A stretch of DNA of 64,000 nucleotides from Candidatus Magasanikiibacteriota bacterium (lineage in GTDB: Bacteria > Patescibacteriota > Patescibacteriia > Magasanikbacterales > 2-02-FULL-50-9b). The translations under genes were made by a program, and so were the position numbers. Shown piece after piece: positions 59,019-64,000 of this stretch. Positions within the stretch are counted from its first letter, which is position 1. Every line of letters starts with the position of its first letter. The notes under the pieces are model-generated. The model saw only the letters and a program-made list of their open reading frames with translations, was not told where the DNA came from and did no database searches. The stretch is taken from assembly GCA_943355025.1 (NCBI GenBank), contig CALRDW010000005.1, positions 244-64,243 on the forward strand. Direction: 5' to 3'.

Positions 59019-59582
59019 TTACATTTGCTGAATTTTACCGAGCAATACATTCTCAACAAAAATTCCACGTGGATAAAAGATCCGTTCGAGCTCATTTTTT
59101 ATTTCAATCTCGATCGTATCGCGCTGCGTTGAATGAATCTCGTTATACGTAAAACGTGACGCGATCAAGCGAAATCGCGAACGCATCGTTGGTCGGACAA
59201 TTTTCTGAACAAAATCCTCACCAATTGTTTGCCAGATAACTGGAATCTGGTGCACATCAAGGCGAAGGAGTACCGTGCCCTCAAGACTAACTGTCTGCCC
59301 ATCACGCGTTGACGCCTCAATCGGCTTATCGCCAAGTGCACGAACCATAAGCGGATTAAAACTTTCGTCAATCGTATATTCAAGTGTCTGAACATTAAAC
59401 AATTTTGCCTGCTGCCAAAAAGGAATTTTCAAATGCAGCCCCGGCGTATATACTTTTTTTAAAACGCCACGTCCCAAATCGTATACAGCGGCAACATACC
59501 CCGGCGGAACATAAATCGTCACGCCTTTGAGCACGTCCTCCATCACGAACGAATACATCATTTTGTCAATTTCTGCTGACAT
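59019..59582 (-). CDS. SPFH/band-7 domain protein
   Basis: TRDGQTVSLEGTVLLRLD...IASRFTYNEIHSTQRDTIEIEIKNEL. Start chosen at MSAEIDK. Confidence 0.5.
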   Translation of the reverse strand: MSAEIDKMMYSFVMEDVLKGVTIYVPPGYVAAVYDLGRGVLKKVYTPGLHLKIPFWQQAKLFNVQTLEYTIDESFNPLMVRALGDKPIEASTRDGQTVSLEGTVLLRLDVHQIPVIWQTIGEDFVQKIVRPTMRSRFRLIASRFTYNEIHSTQRDTIEIEIKNELERIFYPRGIFVENVLLGKIQQM

Positions 59583-59586
59583 ACAT

Positions 59587-60366
59587 TTATTTTTTTGCAA
59601 CGGGCGCTGTGCGCCAGAAAACAACACGGATTAAGCTTAGCACGTAAGAGAAAAGTATGGAAGTTACAATAAACAGAGATTTAACCATGGGCAGCGACCA
59701 CAGAATCACAAACGAAAAAATTGGAAATAAAATCCAATAGGTTAAATCTGATTGTTTTGGCATGCGTTTTGCGATTCGAAATCCAAAACCAATATCAAAA
59801 AATAAAATAAACCCGACAAGTCCCGCCCATAAAACATCGCGCTTCCCCACATCAAAAACAAGCGCGTCTGCAACAGTGGGCCCATATTGAATCGACGTAA
59901 AAATCGTGTTAAGACGTCCCGGATAATCGACTGAGTCATACAAAATTTTCGAAAGTTGCACACCCTGAATCGCGGTTACAAACACCTGATACAAAACAAG
60001 AAGAACAACAAACTGAATAGCAAGTTCAATAGTTTTTGCCCACGGCCGAATCTTAAATTTTTTCATGAGCCCGCGAATATACTCTTGCAAAAAAACAGGG
60101 TCAGCGCGGTGTACACGTTCCGCCTCATCGATTTCGGTTTGCATTTTTTGATATGAAACTTTGTTCCGTTCTGCCAAAATAGAAAATGGCAGAAGAACGA
60201 CGCGGAGCATAACCGTAAAATAAATCACTGCCCATCCCAAATTTTGGTGAGCAGCCGTATTATATAAATATACGAGCACATTTACGAGCGGCTGATACAA
60301 ATAGAGCTGCCAGATTTCAACAAAAATATGCATAGGTAGGCCCTCATAATACCATGCCGGCGGCAT
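59587..60366 (-). CDS. yidC: membrane protein insertase YidC/Oxa1 (short form)
   Basis: LGWAVIYFTVMLRVVLLPFSI...KMQTEI. Multi-TM. The real start may be M12. Confidence 0.6.
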   Translation of the reverse strand: MPPAWYYEGLPMHIFVEIWQLYLYQPLVNVLVYLYNTAAHQNLGWAVIYFTVMLRVVLLPFSILAERNKVSYQKMQTEIDEAERVHRADPVFLQEYIRGLMKKFKIRPWAKTIELAIQFVVLLVLYQVFVTAIQGVQLSKILYDSVDYPGRLNTIFTSIQYGPTVADALVFDVGKRDVLWAGLVGFILFFDIGFGFRIAKRMPKQSDLTYWILFPIFSFVILWSLPMVKSLFIVTSILFSYVLSLIRVVFWRTAPVAKK

Positions 60367-60369
60367 ATT

Positions 60370-61605
60370 CTACAATTCTGAAGTGTCTCGTGGAAGTACA
60401 ATATGAATAAACCAATCAATTAAAATTTTTGTTCGGTTTACTACGCTCCAGATCTGCCGCAAAAAAACAAATCGGCGTATAACCCATGCGATGCGTCCAA
60501 AAAATCTAAAGCCGCTAATTTCGGCAACAGCATACCAATCCCCAATCGGTACAATGTCACCTTTACTTTTAAATTTGAACGGTTCAAGCGGTGCGTTACG
60601 AAGAATCGCGCACAAATTTCGAGCAGCGCATCGCGCCGTAGCTCCTGCTGCCTGAGCAGTTTGTGGAACCATGACTGCGGCTGGCTCAACAATCTCCATG
60701 TTGTCGCCAATGACAAATACGTCCGGATGGTTAACCATTTGAAGTGTATTTTTTGTTTTAAGCAGTCCGCGCGTCGACAAAAATTCGTCATCAACAATAC
60801 CACGCAAATTGCTTTTAATTCCCGCACACCACACGCGGAGCCCTGCCTTGAGCATTTCGCCGCCAGCAAGCGCAACACCCTCTTCTGTACATGCCGAAAC
60901 CTGAGAATTAAGCACCATGCGCACACCCATGCGTGTAAGGCGGCGCGCCGCCTGTTCACCGAGCTCTGGATGAAACTGGCGAAGCAACCGATCACCCGCT
61001 TCGACGAGCAAAATAGAAATTTCATGTGCGTCAATTTCCTGATACAACTGCATGATTTCATGATGAAGCAGATCTGCGACTTGTCCCGCAAGTTCAACGC
61101 CTGCTGGTCCTCCTCCTATGATGACAAACGACAAAAGCGCACGTCGCTGCGCCTCATCATGCTCGCGTGTCGCTTTTTCGACGTGTCGAATTATATGGTT
61201 ACGAACCGTTACAGCGTCCTCGATCGATTTAAACGTAACACAATGTTTATCAACACCCGGAATACCGAAAAAATTTGGCTGAACGCCGAGTGAAACAACT
61301 AAATAATCGTATCGAATCACGCCGGCTGTTGTTGCGACCTCGCGTGTATTAAAATTAATGTGCTGAATTTCTGCTTGTGTAAATTGCTCTACACAACAAT
61401 CGACAATTTCTCGAAGCGGCTGTGTAATATGCCCGCGCTCAACAGATCCGGTCGCAACTTCATGCAGCATCGGATAAAATAAAAAATAGTTCCATCGAGA
61501 AACCATTCGAAAAGTCACATGTGGAACACCGTGCAACTTTTTGTGCAACGTTTTATAAAATTCAACGCCACCAAAACCACCACCTAAAATTACGATTTTC
61601 TTCAT
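60370..61605 (-). CDS. ndh: type II NADH dehydrogenase (NDH-2)
   Basis: MKKIVILGGGFGG, FVIIGGGPAGVELAG. Confidence 0.8.
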   Translation of the reverse strand: MKKIVILGGGFGGVEFYKTLHKKLHGVPHVTFRMVSRWNYFLFYPMLHEVATGSVERGHITQPLREIVDCCVEQFTQAEIQHINFNTREVATTAGVIRYDYLVVSLGVQPNFFGIPGVDKHCVTFKSIEDAVTVRNHIIRHVEKATREHDEAQRRALLSFVIIGGGPAGVELAGQVADLLHHEIMQLYQEIDAHEISILLVEAGDRLLRQFHPELGEQAARRLTRMGVRMVLNSQVSACTEEGVALAGGEMLKAGLRVWCAGIKSNLRGIVDDEFLSTRGLLKTKNTLQMVNHPDVFVIGDNMEIVEPAAVMVPQTAQAAGATARCAARNLCAILRNAPLEPFKFKSKGDIVPIGDWYAVAEISGFRFFGRIAWVIRRFVFLRQIWSVVNRTKILIDWFIHIVLPRDTSEL

Positions 61606-62656
61606 AGGTTGCTGCTGAATGCGCTTTTCGATATGCCCATAGTATCAGAAAAAATTCGATCGTACCAAATAACGCACCGATTATAGCGATAACTCGTACA
61701 AATTCACGCGCACCCAGGAGATAGAGCCCGAGAGGGATCCCTGTTGCACAGGCAATTGCAAACGCCGGACGAAAACCAAAATCCCACTGGAATGTTCGCC
61801 TTAAGGCTTGGCCAATCATAACAAAACTTGTACACATGGCGATAATTGCAAAAATATTTCCCGCCCAAATCATTCCTGGACCGATAGCTTGGCCCAATCC
61901 GATTGTCGCGATGTCTGTGGTTTCTCTTCCGGTCACGAGCACAACAGCAACGGCAAATAAAAGGTACAATAAAATAGGCAGAAGTGAGCCAGCAATGATT
62001 GCAGCGCGCAATTGTTTTGGATCTCGTCCCGTAATAAGTTCCATTTCAGGAATTGCAGACGTACCGTGAAATGCAAAAAGTAAAACACCGTACGGCAAAA
62101 ATAATGATGCATTCGGCGTCGGAAATAATGGAAAATGCTCTGCGGCTCCAAGCGCCGCCGCAGAAATAAAAAATAAAATAATTATTGTTGCAATATTCAT
62201 GAAATAATCAAACGTTGCAATCACTTTTGTTCCACGCACGATAATCAGTGTGCCACACAGAAAAAAAAGTAGTGACCATGCAAATGGTCGGCCGCCAAAT
62301 AAAATGCCGAGACTTTGACCACATCCGATTAAATATGCAGTCATCGCCCCAATATGCAACGCAAGAAAAACAATTGCCATGAGAATCGCTGCGCCAGATC
62401 CTAAATATGTTCTAATAATTCCTGTCATCTGGGCATGTTTCTTCGTTCGAAGTACAAGCTCGCCGAGCACCAGATGAACCGACATCACGAGCAGCCCCAT
62501 GCCAATAATATACGCAGTGCCGATAACGAGGCCGACGCGGGAAATCGCGTATGGAAGCCCAAGCACTCCTGCGCCGACAATCGTAGAAAATAATAACCCC
62601 GCGGCACGCACCCAGGGTTTATGAAACGGCTCAAATAAAAACGAGCGATGACTCAT
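61562..62656 (-). CDS. amino-acid permease (aromatic amino-acid/TnaB-Mtr-TyrP-like)
   Basis: Eleven-TM-like hydropathy. Motif GAGVLGLPYAISRVG. Its C-terminal 44 nt overlap the ndh start. Confidence 0.55.
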   Translation of the reverse strand: MSHRSFLFEPFHKPWVRAAGLLFSTIVGAGVLGLPYAISRVGLVIGTAYIIGMGLLVMSVHLVLGELVLRTKKHAQMTGIIRTYLGSGAAILMAIVFLALHIGAMTAYLIGCGQSLGILFGGRPFAWSLLFFLCGTLIIVRGTKVIATFDYFMNIATIIILFFISAAALGAAEHFPLFPTPNASLFLPYGVLLFAFHGTSAIPEMELITGRDPKQLRAAIIAGSLLPILLYLLFAVAVVLVTGRETTDIATIGLGQAIGPGMIWAGNIFAIIAMCTSFVMIGQALRRTFQWDFGFRPAFAIACATGIPLGLYLLGAREFVRVIAIIGALFGTIEFFLILWAYRKAHSAATYEENRNFRWWFWWR

Positions 62657-62671
62657 ATCAATATGTCCATT

Positions 62672-63802
62672 TTACGCGTGTTGCACGTCGAGCGCAATAA
62701 CAGTTCCAAATCGAGATGGTGTAATTGTTACACTACAGGGGACGATCCGCTTTGAAGAAGTTTGTACATTCGCCAAAATAGTTGTACGCCCTGTTCCGAG
62801 CGGCGCATTAATAAATTTTTTAATTATTTCGGCGTCTGATTCTTGAAAAATTTCGAGCACCGAAAAATTTTTCTCGGTCTTGCGCGACACTCCTGTGAGC
62901 ATATGCGCTGCGCGATTTAATGCTTCAACACGATCACCGCGAACAATTACAAGTGGTGTTGGTGCAATTTGAAATGCTTGTTGAAAAACTTCAAACTTTT
63001 CTTTGAAGTGTGTCGTTCGTTCTGCGGCCTCAGAAATATTTTCACCAACTCCGCGACAACCCACGATTGTTCCATCGCTGTCGAGCAGCGGGTGAATACT
63101 CCAACGCATGTGAATGTATTTACCTGTCGCCGACGTAAATCGATTTTCGCACACACCGAATGAGCGCCCTTGATTTACAATCTGCCAATAAATCTGCCAC
63201 ATACGCTGTACGTCCTCAGAATGCACGAGTCGCGTAAACGATTTTCCAACTAGATCTTCAGCCCGATATCCAAGCACGGGCAGTGCCGCGCTATTTACCT
63301 TTATAAAATTTCCTGCTGCGTCAAGTTCGAATGAAACGAGTTGTAGTGTTTCAATTAATTGTTTATATTCAAAATCTTTTTGCTCGGCCTGTTTTTTTGC
63401 AACAATTTCTTCGTTGACATTTTCAATCATCACAATCACGCCTTCAACAAGATTTCCTTTTAAAATAGGAATTATTTTTCTATGAAAATATCCAGTTTTT
63501 CCATCAACCGTTGTATGTTGAACGTAAAATTCTATGTGGGACTTTCCGCTATGAAAAACACGAGCGATAAGTGTCTCAAAACCTTGTCGCTCCAAATTTG
63601 GATAGACATCAAAGAGCTTTTTAAAAATAACATCGCGTTTTTCAAGTCCACTTGGAAGCGCGGCCTCATTCACAACAACGATTCTCCAATCACGGTCCAC
63701 GACAACAAATCGTTCACGCAAACAATCCATCACGCGTTCGCCCAGCGTTGATGAGTGCCCTTCGAGCGGGCTGGTCCGTGTAACAGCAGCGGGCTGAGAC
63801 AT
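62672..63802 (-). CDS. PAS-domain sensor protein (multiple PAS folds, no obvious output domain)
   Basis: Repeated PAS-like segments (for example DAAGNFIKVNSAALPVLGYRAEDLVGKSF). Confidence 0.5.
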   Translation of the reverse strand: MSQPAAVTRTSPLEGHSSTLGERVMDCLRERFVVVDRDWRIVVVNEAALPSGLEKRDVIFKKLFDVYPNLERQGFETLIARVFHSGKSHIEFYVQHTTVDGKTGYFHRKIIPILKGNLVEGVIVMIENVNEEIVAKKQAEQKDFEYKQLIETLQLVSFELDAAGNFIKVNSAALPVLGYRAEDLVGKSFTRLVHSEDVQRMWQIYWQIVNQGRSFGVCENRFTSATGKYIHMRWSIHPLLDSDGTIVGCRGVGENISEAAERTTHFKEKFEVFQQAFQIAPTPLVIVRGDRVEALNRAAHMLTGVSRKTEKNFSVLEIFQESDAEIIKKFINAPLGTGRTTILANVQTSSKRIVPCSVTITPSRFGTVIALDVQHA

Positions 63803-63821
63803 AGGACTAACGGCTAAATTT

Positions 63822-64000
63822 CTATCGTGATTTGACTATACCACGAACCGAGGCAAGCGCAAAGAAGAGGGTTGCGACGAGTACGACTGCAGGTCCGCTT
63901 GCAATTGATAGTTGGGCCGAAACAAGGAGTCCTAGAATCATGCTCACAACTGCGATTACAACACTTGCAATTACCATTCCACGAAACGAACGTGCAATGT
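63822..64000 (-). CDS. partial membrane protein (C-terminal about 59 aa; start outside window)
   Basis: Minus-frame translation IARSFRGMVIASVVIAVVSMILGLLVSAQLSIASGPAVVLVATLFFALASVRGIVKSR ending at TAG 63822. Confidence 0.35.
   Translation of the reverse strand, partial: IARSFRGMVIASVVIAVVSMILGLLVSAQLSIASGPAVVLVATLFFALASVRGIVKSR

Noticed and set aside
58459-59152. Plus-strand ORFs (163 to 187 aa) antisense to the Ala-rich coiled-coil gene
   Set aside because: Generated by the repetitive GC-rich codons of the sense gene (Ala/Glu/Lys repeats give long open antisense frames).
61562-61605. 44-nt overlap between the permease C-terminus and the ndh N-terminus. Considered moving the ndh start
   Set aside because: The ndh N-terminus MKKIVILGGGFGG is the canonical Rossmann start, so the overlap is accepted as real rather than re-annotating.
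1-64000. Looked for CRISPR arrays, IS elements or integrases, tRNA and rRNA genes
   Set aside because: None seen. The only tandem repeat is the 42-nt intragenic duplication at 48331-48395. The only sizeable inverted repeats are terminators, CIRCE and the 7153-7187 element. No transposase- or integrase-like translations in any frame.

Overview
This 64-kb window appears to come from a compact bacterial genome of roughly 50% GC with densely packed housekeeping genes. I read the following from the translations:

- DNA repair: uvrA, uvrB, a short uvrC and recJ.
- Translation and RNA metabolism: lepA, rnhA, rplU, rlmD and a beta-CASP RNase.
- Pyrimidine synthesis: pyrD, pyrC and a phosphoribosyltransferase (PRTase).
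- Cell wall and division: a tight mraZ-rsmH-ftsL cluster continuing into a membrane-anchored Clp unfoldase, a MraY/WecA-like transferase and a DUF192 protein, plus murJ.
- Chaperones and membrane: the hrcA-grpE-dnaK-dnaJ operon with a perfect CIRCE operator, yidC, ndh and an amino-acid permease.
- Regulation: metK preceded by a clear SAM-I riboswitch, and a PAS sensor.

The most unusual part is a low-GC island of about 38% GC at roughly 2.1 to 7.2 kb. Its core is a minus-strand operon whose ORFs overlap or nearly abut: a MazG-like NTP pyrophosphohydrolase, then a DUF2075/Schlafen-like PD-(D/E)xK nuclease plus SF1-type ATPase, then a DUF4263 (Shedu-like) PD-(D/E)xK protein. A retropepsin-like aspartic protease, a DUF3800 gene and a promoter-plus-terminator small-RNA candidate flank it. 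I read this as a candidate multigene phage-defence or conflict island.

Three other loci stand out. A large MoxR-type AAA+ ATPase sits divergent from a HExxH plus vWA protein, a vWA-MoxR pair. Two paralogous coiled-coil small proteins, one carrying a 42-nt tandem repeat, sit behind near-identical extended -10 promoters. A roughly 1000-aa secreted FN3/Cys-repeat/coiled-coil surface protein is also present.

Many six-frame ORFs have spurious N-terminal extensions. Real starts were chosen by homology, RBS and promoter logic. Non-CDS coordinates are approximate to within about 2 nt.
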